DNA of 64,000 bases from Squalus acanthias (lineage: Eukaryota): contig CM059425.1 in assembly GCA_030390025.1 (NCBI GenBank), positions 174,098,001-174,162,000 on the forward strand, written 5' to 3'. Shown here piece by piece: positions 46,562 to 60,372 of the stretch (position 1 is its first letter; each line of letters opens with the position of its first letter). The notes below the pieces were generated by a model. That model was not told where the DNA came from. It saw only the letters and a program-made list of their open reading frames with translations, and searched no databases. Made by a program: the position numbers and the translations under genes.

Positions 46562-48125
46562 ATGGGCGTACTTAGTAGGCATTTCCCTTGGAATAGAGCA
46601 TGACTGGGAGAATGAGCAGAGGCCACGCAGAGCAGGACAAGCTGCTGGAAGAGGGAGGAGAGGAGGGGGAGAAGGGCTCTCAGCAGGAGGCCACATTTGC
46701 CCAGGGTGTTCAGGGAGCAATTTTCCTACCTGAACCTCAGTGAGGAACAATGTGTGAGACGTCTGTGCTTCATTAAGGATGACCTCACTGAAATCTGCCA
46801 CCTGCTGCAGCCACAACTCCAACGTCAGAGCAGGCAAGGACCGCATTGCAAGTGGCGGTGAAGGTGACCGTGTTGATGAACTTTTATGCGTCGGGCTCCT
46901 TCCGGGCTGGAGCTGGAAATATTAGCAATATCTCACAGTTTGCTGTCTACTGAGGCTCTCTATTCAAAGAGAGTTGACTACATTTCATTCTCTCTTGCCA
47001 GAGACCAGCAGGCGCAGCGAGCATACGGCTTTGTGATGATTGCAGGCTTCCCCATGGTGCAGGGTGCCATTGACTGCAGGCAAATCGCTTTGCGGGCACC
47101 TCATGTCAACTCTACCATGTACCGGAACTGAAATGGATTCCACTCCCTCAACGTCCAGCTAGTGTGTGACCATAGGCAGCGAATCATGCAGGTCAATGCC
47201 CGGTATCCTAGCAGCAGTCATGGTGCCTTCATTCTGCGGCAGTCCGCTGTGCCAGCTGCATTTCAGCCACCACGGCAAACCAAAGGGTGGCTACTGGGCG
47301 ACAAGGGCTATCCATTGACAACATGGCTCATGACTCCGGTTCGCAACCCATGCACACGTGCGCAGCATGTGTACAATGAGAGCCACGCTGCCACAAGAAA
47401 TGTGATAGAGCAGATCCTTGGCCTGCTGAAACAATGCTTCCGCTGCCTGAACTGCTCTGGAGGAGGCCTGCAGTACTCGGCTGAGTGAGTCCCAAGATTC
47501 GTGGTGGTCTGTTGCATGCTGCACAACCTCGCCATCATGAGGGGCAGCCTTTGCCACCAGCTATCAGGCCAGGAGCATGAGGAGGAGGAGGAAGAGGAAG
47601 GGAGGTGGCAGCCTAGACAGCCCCTTTCTGCCCAGCTGTACGTGAAGAACTAATTTGAGTGAGATGCCAGTAACCGCAACCCCAATTCCCCATTCAGCAA
47701 CAGTCCCACACTCCATACCTTCCCTCTGTCACTGACCATCACACCGTGTCTTGGCCACAATGCAAAAATAAAAGCCACCACAAAAATAAACATTCCAAAA
47801 CAATTTTATGTATGAAATTATGTTATATTGAAAACAAACGCAACCTGATCACCCTTGTGCATTCCCTGCCTTCTGTGTGCCTTTGCCTGTCCTAGTGCTC
47901 CTATGCAGTGCTACCCCAGTGGCTGCAGCATGGGTGGTGGAAGGCTGCTGACTTTCAGTGGAGGAGACTGCAGATGGCCTTGGAGGATGACCTAAAGCAG
48001 CTGTGGACCTAGAAGGCTTGGCTTCAGACTGCGCCATCTCAGCCTGGGCAGCAGCAGTCTGGGCTGGCTGGCTGACAGGCAACAACAAGGGCACTGGCGG
48101 AGTGGCAGGGGTGGGAGGATGAATG
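46562..48125 (+). pseudogene. Degenerate Harbinger nuclease (+, ~46562-47665) and convergent Myb 3' end (-, ~47849-48125)
   Basis: [46 protein letters not shown] and [13 protein letters not shown] with frameshifts and stops. Confidence 0.88.
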
Positions 48126-48155
48126 CCGTATGGCCTACTCCTGCTCCTATTTCTT

Positions 48156-49019
48156 GGCCTAGAAATTTGTCTCAGGTGGTGGCGCAAAATGGGCGGTATC
48201 GGATCAGCCACTCGTTATACACAGTGCCTGATATTCAGTTCCATTGCAGTCAATATTGGGTGCAGTCTACTGGCCAATAAAATTTGGCCTAGGCTCTCTG
48301 CACTGCTTAAAGGTAGTGCTTTGTTGCAGAAACATCCCTCTGTCAGTGTGGATCAATTCGTGGCCCAACAGGGAAGAGAGAGGGTGAGGATGTTTTCTGA
48401 TGCAGCACTGGAGGCCTTGGTCCTGGGGGTTCATAGACGACGTGAGGTCCTCTACCCGCAAGGGAGTAGGTGCCCATCCAGGCAGCATGCCAGAAGGCTG
48501 TGGGAGGAAATAGCTCAAGCTGTCAGTGCCACAAGTGTTATCCCCAGGACCTGGATCCAGTGCCGCAAGAAGTTTAATGACCTCACACGAATGGTCAAGG
48601 TGTGTGAATGCATTTCCAAATGCCATATCCCACCAACTGCAGCACAAGCCTCACACACTGCTCAATGTACCATACCCCCATCACTCACCTACCAACAATC
48701 TCTAGCAATCACCACTCATACCTCACAATCATAGCTTCACCTTACCCTCACGAGGTTCCTCGTGGCAGCATGGCTGTCATTATATGACTGCTGGCCACGA
48801 GTGGAGGGTTTGCGGAGGGGAGTCATCAGCCAGCTGTAGAGCGGATAGCCCTTGTCTCCGAGCACCCACCCTCGGGTTTCCAGTGACCGAGGAAATGGCA
48901 GCGCTGCTGATCTGCCCAAAATGGCGTCCGCCGCGAGACACGCCGGAAGTGAGGCAACCGCCATTTTTTCACCAAAACCTGCTTTTATAGCCGGCGCTAA
49001 GTGGCTGAATTTCACAGCC
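48156..49019 (+). mobile_element. Non-autonomous Harbinger with Myb exon 1 (~48360-48599) and a nuclease fragment (-)
   Basis: Ends GGCCTAGAAATT and AATTTCACAGCC; RERVRMFSDAALEALV...[22 protein letters not shown] on the minus strand. Confidence 0.75.
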
Positions 49020-49022
49020 CTA

Positions 49023-51227
49023 AGACTAAAAATTCATAATGGCCGCTGAAAATGGACGAAGCACTACCAGAGAAAAATGCGCGTTGGGGGCTAAAGTTTT
49101 TTAGCCCAGCACTAACTTCCCATGTAACGCCCTCCTAGTGGCATTAGTGCAGGCACGGCAGTCGAAGTTCCCGTCCAGGAGCAGCATTGCAGCTTCCAAC
49201 AGCCTCTGGAAGCGAGGGAATAGAGTTCGCTAGGCATTGTGGGAAATTAAAAGGGCAATGCATTAAAAGGACAATGCCTTCTGAACTAATAAAAATGAAG
49301 TGAAAGAATGCAGTTTTCAGCCCTTACTGCCTTTTTAAAAAAAAATAACATTAAAAAGAAGTCCCAAATGGGAGTCTTTAGCTCTTAAAGCTGAATTCAC
49401 TTCCGAACCTCAAAAAATGGGGAAACTGCTTCAGCACTAACACAAATGGTTCAGCAAGCCAGGGAAGGGGCACCCAGGGTCTCGCACGCAGCAGTCCAGC
49501 TTTGTGCAGGGGGTCAACACTGCAAGAGAGGTTCTCTACCCACAGGGGCCAGGAGGCCCTCCAGAAAGAGCACTGTAGGACTACATCACCGAGGCCATCA
49601 CTGCCAGCAGTGTCGCCCCCACCACCTGGCTCCAGTGCCCAAAGAAGGTCAGTGAATGCATCTTCAAAAGCCGTCTCCTACCAACTGCACTACCCACCTC
49701 ACACACTGCTCAATGGATGACTTCCCCTCCGCAAAACACTCACCTACCAACAATCTGTACCAATCAAGAGGCACATCTCCCATTCCTAGCCTCACCTCAC
49801 CCCCTTGGAGGAGACGGGGCAGGCCATTCTTGGCAGGGGCATGGCTGAGCCCTTGGCCAGCGGTGGGGCAGAAAGGATATAAGATGCTGGTATCCTCATA
49901 CGTTATCCTCCTTCCCGCCCTCCCCTCACCACAACTCCACCCTTTTGCCTTCCTCATTTCACACACCCAAGAAATGCAGCCGGCCCAGCCAGTGGTTTAC
50001 CAAGAATAGGGAAAGGAGAGTGAAGAAGAAGAAGAAGAAACACCATCACTCGATTTGACACTCCCAGCTACCAGCTCCTCAAGGTTGACCAGCAAGGTCA
50101 TTTGCAGTGAGCCCCACTGAAAGTCAGCAGCCTTCCACCAGCCAAGCTGCAGCCACTGGGGCAGCACAGTGTGACATCAGTAGGTTAGGCAAAGGCACAC
50201 TCAAGACAGTCACTAAGAGAATGCATAAGGGTGATGAGTTGATTTCTTGATGTCATATTGGATGGATAGATGTATAAAGTTGGATTGGAAAGTTTGCTTT
50301 GTGGTGGCTTTTTATTTCAGCACCGTGGCCAAGAGGACGCTGTGATGGTCAGTAACAGAGGGAAGGTAAGGTGTGGGACTAATATTGAAAGGCGAATTGG
50401 GGTTGTGGTCACTGGTACCGCAGGCGGATGATTCCACCCCGGATATCCCGGCCAGAAAGGGGCTGTCTGGATTGCATCCTTCCTTCTGCTTCCTCCTCTT
50501 CTGTGTCCTCCTATTCTCTTCCCCCCACTTTGGCTTCCTCCTCTTCTGTTTCCTCCTCATTGGCTTCTTCCTCTTCTATTTCTTCCTCTTCTGTGTCTTC
50601 CTCTTCCCTCTGCGAGCAGATGCTGTAAATCTGAAATGGCAGCATAAAATGCTGGATATGCTCAGCAGGTCAGGCAGCATCTTGACCTGAGATGTGAAAT
50701 CTGTTTAGCTCTCCATGGATGTTGTTGGACCTGCTGAGTATTTGCAGCATTTTCTGTCTTCTGTGAGGGCATCCTTTACCATCCGAGGTCTTGTAAGCAT
50801 CCAGCAGCACTCCCTACACATTTAAAAAACTTTTAACATCTATTGCAGCAAGCCACTACTTCAATAAAATAAAAAAAAAACAGTCCAAAAGCTTAAATGC
50901 AAACTTATCTGAAAGATGTGTGTATCCCTTTAAGAGGTGGTGACAGCGCCTCTGTCAGTCTGCTGCATGCTAGGTTTACATGGCGAGCTTTGGACCCAGT
51001 GCTGAACTCAGCGCAAAGGTCCAAGTTCGCCGTGGTGACGTTAAGTTGGTGTGCCCATCTCCCACATTTTAATTTGCAGGGCGATGGATCTTACCGGCAG
51101 CAATGCAGGGCTTGGGAAAATGGCAGACGCCGCAGGACCTGCCACCAGCTGGCGAAAGAGCGGTGGCCACCTTCTTTACACAACTTTTTGCCAGTAACGG
51201 ATGGTGTTAACCCTGAATTTTTAGCCC
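49023..51227 (+). mobile_element. Non-autonomous Harbinger with decayed Myb exons and a nuclease 3' end
   Basis: Ends AGACTAAAAATT and AATTTTTAGCCC with flanking CTA; MVQQAREGAPRVS; GAGGAA-rich nuclease tail on the minus strand at 50480-50610. Confidence 0.7.
50617..50760. mobile_element. Two inverted Penelope-like terminal fragments forming a hairpin
   Basis: AAAATGCTGGATATGCTCAGCAGGTC ... GACCTGCTGAGTATTTGCAGCATTTT; same motif as 3303-3435. Confidence 0.6.
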
Positions 51228-51569
51228 CTAGTGTTTTATCAGTGATTTCAATTTTCTTTCATTAATAAAGTTAAAATTGGAATAAAAGATGATAAAACAA
51301 GCATTGGTCAACAATGATTCCCAACAGCTTGTTGTTCACTTATTAGTCTTACAAATGGTTGAGTTCCCAGCAAGTGATTGTAAAATGTAGCTGTTCCACC
51401 ACAATCATGCCCAACATTTAAAATATTATCTGATGTTAAAAAAGTTTTCATCCTAAACATAGTAGTTATGACCTCATTTTATTTGTAGAACAGAAAAACA
51501 GTAAAATTGTAAAATATCTCATTAAGCATGAGTGATTTTTCACAAATTGAACTTGTTAGAAATTACACT

Positions 51570-52480
51570 CTACATTCTCAGTGGATCCTTGACATTGTTG
51601 CTTTCTCTTTCTGACCAGTAAAGATATTCATCTCCGAGAATAACCCTTCAACACTGGCGCTTAACATTGGCAAGACCAGTATGTCCGAAACAAAGTATGA
51701 CAAGTCAGACTACGGTTAACATGTTTCCTGTCCGAATTGAAGATCCTTCTTTATAGAAATGAGTCAGCAAAGTACTCAGGAAACAGTCTACAGTTACATC
51801 AGAGACATCAAAACCAAAAATAAACTAATACAGGCTTCAAAGAGAAATCCACCCTTTCTCTTTGGGTCAGTAGCTTGTGCCGAATACCAAAGCAATACTT
51901 CATTCATTTCAAAAGGCATTGTAGATGACAAATTTCATGGCATTAATACCATTCATCATGCCTGGCGGCCAAATAACATTAAAACTGCTTCTAATTTATG
52001 CTGCTTTTCATATGACAAAAAAAACAGCTGTACCCAGGTCCTCGGCCCAAACTCAAGCTGTCTATCCTTCTCTCAAAAAATATTCTGGCATCAATCCCAA
52101 CTATATTGATTACTATGTAGGTCTTCTCAGATTACAGCCTTTTCATTATTTCCACAGCAGGAGTCGTGTTCTTGGTAGAAATGCTAGTGTTTCCCGGAAT
52201 TTCACTGTCAATATGGCTATATAGGAATTCACATTTCTTTCCAGTTGCTTCTTTACTGAGCAAAAGTTTCCTGAAGGACACCACACTATAAGCAAGATAT
52301 CAAATACTTCAATAACTTCATACCATTTGCTTTGTGGGATGACTTTGGATTCATTCCCATTCAATGGAAAACTGAAATATTTTCATTTCAGTTCACATGC
52401 ATACTCAAATGAGGCATCTGAATGAATGATAAAATCAACTGCATTTGTGATTACATTGGATGAACTCAAAAGGCTACTTA
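51570..52480 (-). pseudogene. Possible ancient hAT transposase remnant
   Basis: Minus-strand ILVLPMLSASVEGLFSEMN (~51625-51690) resembles the hAT C-terminal dimerisation motif; weaker GWISL and SDAS matches lie upstream. Confidence 0.4.
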
Positions 52481-53035
52481 AGAACACCACTAATTAAATA
52501 GGTCATGGATCAGAAAGGCTTTGAAGTCTGGTTTGGCCTTTTAAGTTCTCACAAAATTTCTTCATATGACTTGCAGAATTACCACAAAGGCAGAGCATTC
52601 TCAAAGCATTTTCTCGATTAGAGCAGCGATGGACATATCAGGGTAATAATTGGCAGGGTAGGAGAACTTTTACTCTGTATCTTCCATACCTGACTAGGGA
52701 GTGCTCAATGCTGATGTCAAGGTGATGGAGGGGGTGAAGAAGAGATTGATTAAAATGTTATGAGGGATGAGCGGCTTTAGTTGTGAGGAGGTTTAGACAA
52801 ACTGAGGCTTTTTTCATTAGAACAAAGGTTAGGAACATAGCAACAGGAGTAGGCCATTCAGCCCCTCGAGCCTATTCAATTAATTCATGACTGATCTGTA
52901 TCTTAACTCCATTTACCTGTCTTGGTTACATAACCCGTAATACACTTACCTAAAAAAATCTACCAATCTCAGTTTTGAAATTTTCAATTGACCTAGCCTC
53001 AACAGCTTTTTGGGGAGATAGTTCCAGATTTCAAC

Positions 53036-54998
53036 TTTTTTTGTTTATTCGTTCATGGGATGTGGGCATCGCTGGCAAGGACAGCATTTATTGCCCATCT
53101 CTAGTTGTCCTTGAGAAGGTGGTGGTGAGCCGCCTTCTTGAACCACTGCAGTCCGTGTGGTGAAGGTACTCCCACAGTGCTGTTAGGGAGGGAGTTCCAG
53201 GATTTTGACCCAGCAACGATGAAGGAATGGCGATATACTTCCAAGTCAGGATGGTGTGTGACTTGGAGGGGAACTTGGAGGTGGTGGTGTTCCCATGCGC
53301 CTGCTGCCCTTGTCCTTCTAGGTGGTAGAGGTCACGGGTTTGGGAGGTGCTGCCGAAGAAGCCTTGGCGAGTTGCTGCAGTGCATCTTGTAGATGGTACA
53401 CACTGCAGCCACGGTATGCCGGTGGTGGAGGGAGTGAATGTTTAAGGTGGTAGATGGGGTGCCAATTAAGCAGGCTGCTTTGTCCTGGATGGTGTCGAGC
53501 TGCTTGAGTGTTGTTGGAGCTGCACTCATCCAGGCAAGTGGCGAGTATTCCATCACACTCCTGACTTGTGCCTTGTAGATGGTGGAAAGACTTTGGGGGG
53601 TCAGGAGGTGAGACACTCGCCACAGAATACCCAGCCTCTGACCTGCTCTTGTTGCCACATTATTTATGTGGCTGGTCCAGTTAAGTTTCTGGTAAATGGT
53701 GACCCCCAGGATATTGATGGTGGGGGATTCGGCGATGGTAATGCTGTTGAATGTCAAGGGGTGGTGGTTAGACGCTCGATGTTGGAGATAGTTATTGCCT
53801 GGCATAAATGTTACCTGCCACTTATCAGCCCAAGCCTGAATGTCATTCAGGTCTTGCTGCATGCGGGCATGGACTCCTTCATTAACTGAGGAGCTGTGAA
53901 TGGCACTGAACACTGTGCAGTAATCAACGAACATCCCCACTTCCGATGATGGAGGGAACGTCATTGATGAAGCAGCTGAAGATGGTTGGGCCTAGGACAC
54001 TGCCCAGAGGAACTCCTGCAGCGATATCCTGGGGCTGTGATGATTGACCTCCAACCACCACAACCATCTTCCTTTGTGCTAGGTATGACTCCAGGCAGTG
54101 GAGTGTTTTCCTCCCGATTCCCATTGACTTCAGTTTTACTCGGGCTCCTTGATGCCACACTCGTCAAATGCTGCTTTGAAGTCAAGGGCAGTTACTCTCC
54201 CCTCACCTCTGGAATTCAGCTCTTTTGTCCATTTTTGGACCAAGGTTATAATGAGGTCTGGAGCCGAGTGGTCTTGGCGGAACCCAAACTGGGCATCAGT
54301 GAGCAGGTTATTGGTGAGTAAGTGCCGCTTGATAGCACTGTCGACGACACCTTCCATCACTTTGCTGATGATTGAGAGTAGACTGATGGGGCGGTAATTG
54401 GCCAGATTGGATTTGCCCTGCTTTTGTGGACAGGACATACCTGGGCAGTTTTCCACATTGTCGGATAGATGCCAGTGTTATAGCTGTACTGGAACAGATT
54501 GGCTAGAGGCGCGGCTAGTTCTGGAGCACAAGTCTTCAGCATGACAGCCGGGATGTTGTCGGGGCCCACAGCCTTTGCTGTATCCAGAAAGCTCAGCTGT
54601 TTCTTGATGTCACGTGGAGTGAATCGAATTGCTGAAGATTGGCTTCTGTAGTGGTGGGGACCTCAGGAGGAGGCCGATATGGATCATCCACTTGGCTCTT
54701 CTGGCTGAAGATGGTTGCAAATGCTTCAGCTTTGTCTTTTGCACTCACGTGCTGGGCTCCACCATCATTGAGGATGGGGATATTCGTGGAGCCTTCTCCT
54801 CCCGTTAGTTGTTTAATGGTCCACCATCATTCACGACTGGATGTGGCAGGACTGCAGAGCTTTGATCTGAACCGTTGATTGCGGGATCGCTTAGCCCTGT
54901 CTATAGCATGCTGCTTCCGCTTTTTAGCATGCATGTAGTCCTGTGTTGCAGCTTCCCCAGATTGGCACTGCATTTTTAGGTACGCCTGGTGCTGCTCC
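53036..54998 (-). mobile_element. Non-LTR retrotransposon (CR1/L2 group, a family distinct from the others here), 5'-truncated
   Basis: GPDNIPAVMLKTCAPELAAPL, NYRPISLLSIISKVME, QFGFRQ, LDFKAAFD, GVPLGSVLGP, YKAQVRSVMEY; frameshifted. Confidence 0.85.
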
Positions 54999-55039
54999 CT
55001 TTGTGTGAAGAAGAAAAGCCTAGCTGTAATTTTAAGGTT

Positions 55040-55575
55040 ATGGTCTGCTCACTTCTGGTGCAGAACACGGCGGCCGCCATTTTGGGGAGGTCAGTTACGT
55101 TGCTGTTGCCTGCGCTTGATGCCCACATGTAAATTATGCAGCTCGTGACGTCAATCAGCATGAAACAGAGGAATTGACACACAACGGTGATTTTGGACGT
55201 TGCCTCTCTGGATACCGCCCTCTCCAAACCATGCATAGAAGAACGTGCACGTAGCGCTGCCAGCGCTTCATAAAGGGACACACACATCTTTCAGGTAAGT
55301 TTAGATTTTAGCTTTTGGACTTTTTTTTACATTTTATTGGAGAAGTATTGGTGTGGCACTGACATCGACTCCCGCCATATTCGGTGGGAGTTTTGCGGCG
55401 GCGCTACAGCATTGTGCCCCGATCTCCTTTGCCCGGAGATCATGACGTCATCGCCATGCACATTGCCCCGGTAGTGCCCCGGACCCGAAATTGACTTCCG
55501 CCCCCTGCAGCAGCGCCGATCGAAAACACCAACAGCTGTAGAAGACGTGCATCGGGCGGCCAGACACTTCGGGGG
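55040..55575. mobile_element. Harbinger subterminal fragments
   Basis: CpG-rich; 55380-55500 resembles the reverse complement of 18900-19000 (GGCGCTAC, ATGACGTCATCGCC). Confidence 0.55.
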
Positions 55576-57470
55576 CAATGATGCAAAGGGTCACAAAACA
55601 GATAGTAAGAGCTACAAAAAGGGAGTATGAAAAGAAACTTGCAAGGGATATCATAATTGTAAAAAATTCTTTGTGTTGTTGTTATCAGGAAAACAAGGGT
55701 AGTCAGGAGCAATGTTGGCCCCTTAAAAACTGAATCGGTGATATTGTCAATGATAATAAGGAAATGGCTGACATGTTGAATAATTACTTTGCGTCAGTAT
55801 TTACAGAAGAGGAAAAGAATAGCATGTCAGAAATCCCAAGGAAACTAATATTAAATCAGGGACAGGGACTCAATAAAATTAATGGAAGTAAAATTACAGT
55901 AATGAAGAAAATAATGGCACTAAAGAGTGACAAATCCCCAGGACCAGATGGTTCCCATCCCAGGGTTTTAAAGGAAGTAGATGAGCACATTGCAGATGCC
56001 CTAACTATAATCTTCCAAAGTTCTTTCGATTCAGGAACCGTTCCTTTAGATTGGAAAATTGCACATGTCACTCCACTATTTAAGAAAGGTGAGAGAGGGA
56101 AACCAGGGAATTACAGACCAGTTAGACTAACATCTGTTGTCAGGAAATTGCTAGAGTGTATAATTAAGGATTTTCAGTTGATCAGAGAGAGCCAGCATGG
56201 ATTTGTGAAAGGTAGGTCATACCTGACAAACCTAATTGAATTTTTTGAGGAGGTGACTAAAGTAGTGGACAGGAGAATGTCTATGGATGTTATTTATATG
56301 GACTTCCAGAAGACATTTGATAAAGTCCCACATAAGAGACTGTTAACTAAGGTAAAAGCTCACGGAATTGAGGGCAAATTATTGACCTGGTTAGGAAATT
56401 GGCTGAGCGACAGGAGACAGGCAGTAGGGATAATGGGTAGGTACTCAAATTGACAGGATGTGACTAGTGGTGTCCTGCAGGGATCTGTGTTGGGGCCTCA
56501 ACTATTCACAGTATTTATTAACAACTTAGATGATGGCATAGAAAGTCATATATCCAATGACATAAAGATAGGTGGCATTGTAGGCAGTGTAGATGGAAGC
56601 ATAAAATTACAAAGGGATATCGACAAATTAAGTGAATGGGTAAAACTGTGGCAAATGGATTTCAATGTTGGCAAATGTGAGGTCATCCACTTTGGACCTA
56701 AAAAGGATAGAACAGGGTACATTCTAAATGGTGAAAGGCTAAAAACAGTGGAGTTCCAAGGAGACTTGGGGGTCAAGGTACATAGATCATTAAAATGTCA
56801 GGAACAGGTACAGTAAATTATTAAAAAGGCTAATGGAATGCTGACCTTTATATCTAGAGGACTAGACTATAAGGGGGTAGAAGTTATGCTGCAGCTATAC
56901 AAAACCCTGGTTAGACCACACCTGGAGTACTGTGAGCAGTTCTGGGCACCACACCTTAGGAAGGATATATTGGCCTTGGAGGGAGTGCAGCATAGGTTCA
57001 CCAGAGTGATACCCGGACTTCAAGGGTTAAGTTACAAGGAAAGATTACACAAATTAGGGTTGTATTCCCTAGAATTTAGAAGGTTAAGGGGTGAGCTGAT
57101 GGAAGTTTTCAAGATATTAAGGGGAACAGATAGGGTAGATCGAGGGAAACTATTTCCGCTAGTTGGGGATTCTAGGAATAGGGGGCATAGTCTAAAAATT
57201 AGAGCCAGACCTTTCAGGAGTGAAATTAGGAAACACTCCTACACACAAAGGGTGGTAGAAGTTTGAAACTCTCTTCCGCAAACGGCAATTGATGCTAGAT
57301 CAATTGTTAATTTTAAATCGGAGATTGATAGCTTTTTGTTAATCAAAGGTATTAAGGGATATGGGCCAAAGGCAGATATATGGAGTTAGGTCGCAGATCA
57401 GCCATGATCTCATTGAATGGCGGAACAGGCTCGAGGGGCTCAATGGCCTACTCCGGTTCCTATGTTCCTA
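55576..57470 (+). mobile_element. CR1 LINE ORF2 3' two-thirds, degenerate
   Basis: KSPGPDG, NYRPVRLTS, QHGFVKG, DFQKTFDKVPH, LVRPHLEYC; stops and a deletion at the YADD region; tail TTCCTATGTTCCTA. Confidence 0.92.
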
Positions 57471-58126
57471 GAGATGCAGTTGGTAGGAGATGGCTTTTGA
57501 AGATGCATTCACTGACCTTGACCACTCGTCTGAGGTCATGAAACTTCTTTGGGCACCAGAGCCAGGTCCTGGAGGTGACACAGCTGGCAGTGACGGCCTC
57601 GGCGATCTGGTCCCACATCCTTCTTTGTGGAGGGTCTCCTGGCCCCCTGTGGGTCAAGGACCTCTGTTCCAGTGTTGACCCCTGCACAAAGCTCAAGTGC
57701 TGTGTCCGAGACCCTGGGTGCCCTTTCCCTGGCCTGTTGAGCCATTTGTGTAAGTGCTGAAGCAATTTTAGCACTTTTTATGTGCAGAAGGCAGTAAAGC
57801 TTTCAGAGCTGCAGACTGCCTAGTTCTGAAGGATTTTTATGTTTTTTTTTCAGAAGTCAGTTCAGCTTCAAGGGCTGGAGACTGCCTTGAAAAGGAACAG
57901 GCTAGCTTTAAGGAAAGGCAGCCTCACTTCAGCAACGCTAACTTGGGCCCCCTGCTGAGCACAAAGCCTGTCAGCAGCATGATAGTCGCTAGGCTGTGCG
58001 CTCCTATCATGTAAAGTAGCAGGCAGCACCAAATTGACGTGCTGCCAGCACTTTCTGAATGGGCGCAGACATATCTCGCATCGCGGTGCCCGCGCCCGTT
58101 TTTGGGCCTTATCAAATTTCACCCCC
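57471..58126 (-). mobile_element. Harbinger end with decayed Myb exon 1
   Basis: MAQQARERAPRVSD...MWDQIAEAV...CPKKFHDLRRVVK|gtcagt; terminus AAATTTCACCCCC. Confidence 0.75.
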
Positions 58127-58390
58127 TTTCTCTCTATCTACCCTATCAAATCCTTTAATCATCTCAATTATATCACCCCTTAATCTTCTATACTCAAGAA
58201 AATACAAACCTTGTCTATGCAACATGTCCTCATAGTTTAACCCTTTTAGCCCCTGTATAATTTTGGTGAATCCACACTGCATCCTCTCCAAGGCCAATAT
58301 ATCCTTCCTGAACACAGTACTACAGTTGCGGTCTAATCACAATGTTATACAACTGTAGCGTAACTTCCACCCCTTTGTATTCCAGCCCCC
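58127..58390 (-). mobile_element. CR1 fragment
   Basis: RKDILALERMQCGFTK...RRLRGD. Confidence 0.8.
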
Positions 58391-58832
58391 AGAAGTGAGA
58401 CATAAGTGATGCCAAAATGAGACACAGGAAGTTAAAATGCGCTGGTCACAATGTTTTTATATAAGGCAAGGCCAGATGAAGGTCCAATATGGTGTGGACC
58501 TGAAGCAAGAAGGTAGTATCATAGAATCGGTATGGTGAGGATCTGAACTGGGAGGCATCTCTATCACTCTGCATTGCCAACCCTACTCCTGCACATCATA
58601 ACTCAACCCAACATCCCTTGCACCATCACCCAGCCCTCTCTCCCTATGTTACAGAATCACTTCCCCATCTAACTATGCACCCCTCACCCCCACCCTCAAG
58701 GTTATGCAATGACAACAACTAACAACTTAAAAGGCCACTCCATCATAATCTCCCTCTAAACATCTATCCTATCCATTCTTTACGCTCATTCCATCACTCT
58801 CACTGAAACTCCACTTCTTTCCCTCATTGCTG

Positions 58833-60145
58833 GAAAAGAGAGCCCACAATAAGAGGGAGAGGGAGAGAACAGGAGGAGGACCACCATCCTTCTCACAGCT
58901 CACCCATGCTGAGGAGGCCGCTCTGGACACAGCGGGATCAGTGGAACAGCTCAAAGTGGGGGACAGAGAGATGGGCTCAGTAGAACAACCTGGTGACAGA
59001 ATGCTTCTCCATCTATCTTATTTGGCTTTCATGAGTGACACATATGGGATCTGATGTCAATAGAAATTGAATGCTCATCATGTGCACAATGGGATGTGTC
59101 TGCAATCTACATATCACATGTCTAACTCATGTCTTTACTCTCCTACAGGACCAGCAAGAGCCCCCCTCCCTACTGTCCAGGAGGAAGAGCAGAAGGACTC
59201 CTCAGAGGATGCTGCATCAGCAGAAATGAGCGCACCCCACACCAGCGCAGAGACGCACGCCTCGGTGGGTCGTTTGCGAGATAGAGTAGTGTTGCCACCT
59301 GGTGTCTCACAACTCACGAGTGAGCAAGAGCAGATGGTAGAGACAGGGACAGCAGTGGAGAGTCCTCGTCAGTGGCCACAGGATGCTCCTAGCTCTGCTC
59401 AGCTGCATGTAGACGCTGAGCCTCGGGAGCCTCCAGAAAGAGAGTGGTGCTGGAGTTTCAGGAACAAGAGCAGGAGGCTCTGACTGGATTTGCAACCACG
59501 GTAACTGCGAGTGTGCAGAGAATGGAGGAGTCCATCTCAAACATGAGCAATGCCGTGGTGCACGCAATGGCGAATGTAGGTGCCGCCATGGAAAGGATGG
59601 CAACCTCCATGGAGGACATAAATTGCCAGACACAAAACAACATGGTGACTCTTCTAAATAGATGGTCAGCTATGGAGGATAGATGGGCATCTATTGTGGA
59701 GAGGAACCAGAGGTCCATGGACGTCCCCATTATGAGGACTGTCAGTACAGAGACGGGTCCTCATGGCCCCACTGATGTGCAGCAAGGTGCTCTCCAGCTA
59801 CTTACTAGCAGAGAAGTGCGGGTGGCCCATGAGAGGGATGATGGTGAGAGGCGACATGCAAGCGGGGGCTCCTCTCCAAGTGCTCATACTTCCATCCCCT
59901 TGCCAACCCCTTGGTCAGAGCCCCAGATGACTCCCCGAGCAGTGATGTCTGAGTCTGCCCCTGTGCAGCCGCAGGAGGAGCAGACTTTGGCGGGGCCTTC
60001 ACAGGCTTCAAAACCCAGAGGACGACCGCCAAAGCCATCTAAGCAGGCGCAGCAGGGATGTGAGCAGGCTGTCTCTGCATCTGCTGAAGCCACAGCGGTA
60101 GCACAATGTAGAAGCACGCGTAAGAGAAAGCCGACACATAAATAA
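58833..60145 (+). pseudogene. Harbinger Myb-protein gene exons 2 (58833-58992) and 3 (59149-60145); exon 1 missing
   Basis: EKRAHNKRERERTGGGPP; phase-1 donor G|gtgaca; acceptor cctacag|; C-terminus AGPSQASKPRGRPPK...RSTRKRK; frameshift near 59440; exon 2 acceptor is mutated (ttgctg). Confidence 0.8.
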
Positions 60146-60372
60146 TCACAAGGGTTCTCACTTGGGTGTTCTGCTAGAATTCAATATTAAGTTTCTGTTC
60201 TTTTATTCTGTTGGAATAAATTAATGTTGTATGAATGTTTGACATCATTGCCATATGTGTGCTCACAATTTGAGGTGGCACAGTGAAGGGTGAGGGCGCC
60301 TTTTATGTCCAGCAATGCAGGTGACAGTGGATATAGAGTTAACACCAGACACTCACAGCCTCAAGACAGAAT

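Noticed and set aside
50373..50690. Hydrophobic Phe/Leu-rich ORF suggesting a membrane protein
   Set aside because: It is the antisense of the expanded GAG/GAA acidic-tail repeat of a dead nuclease.
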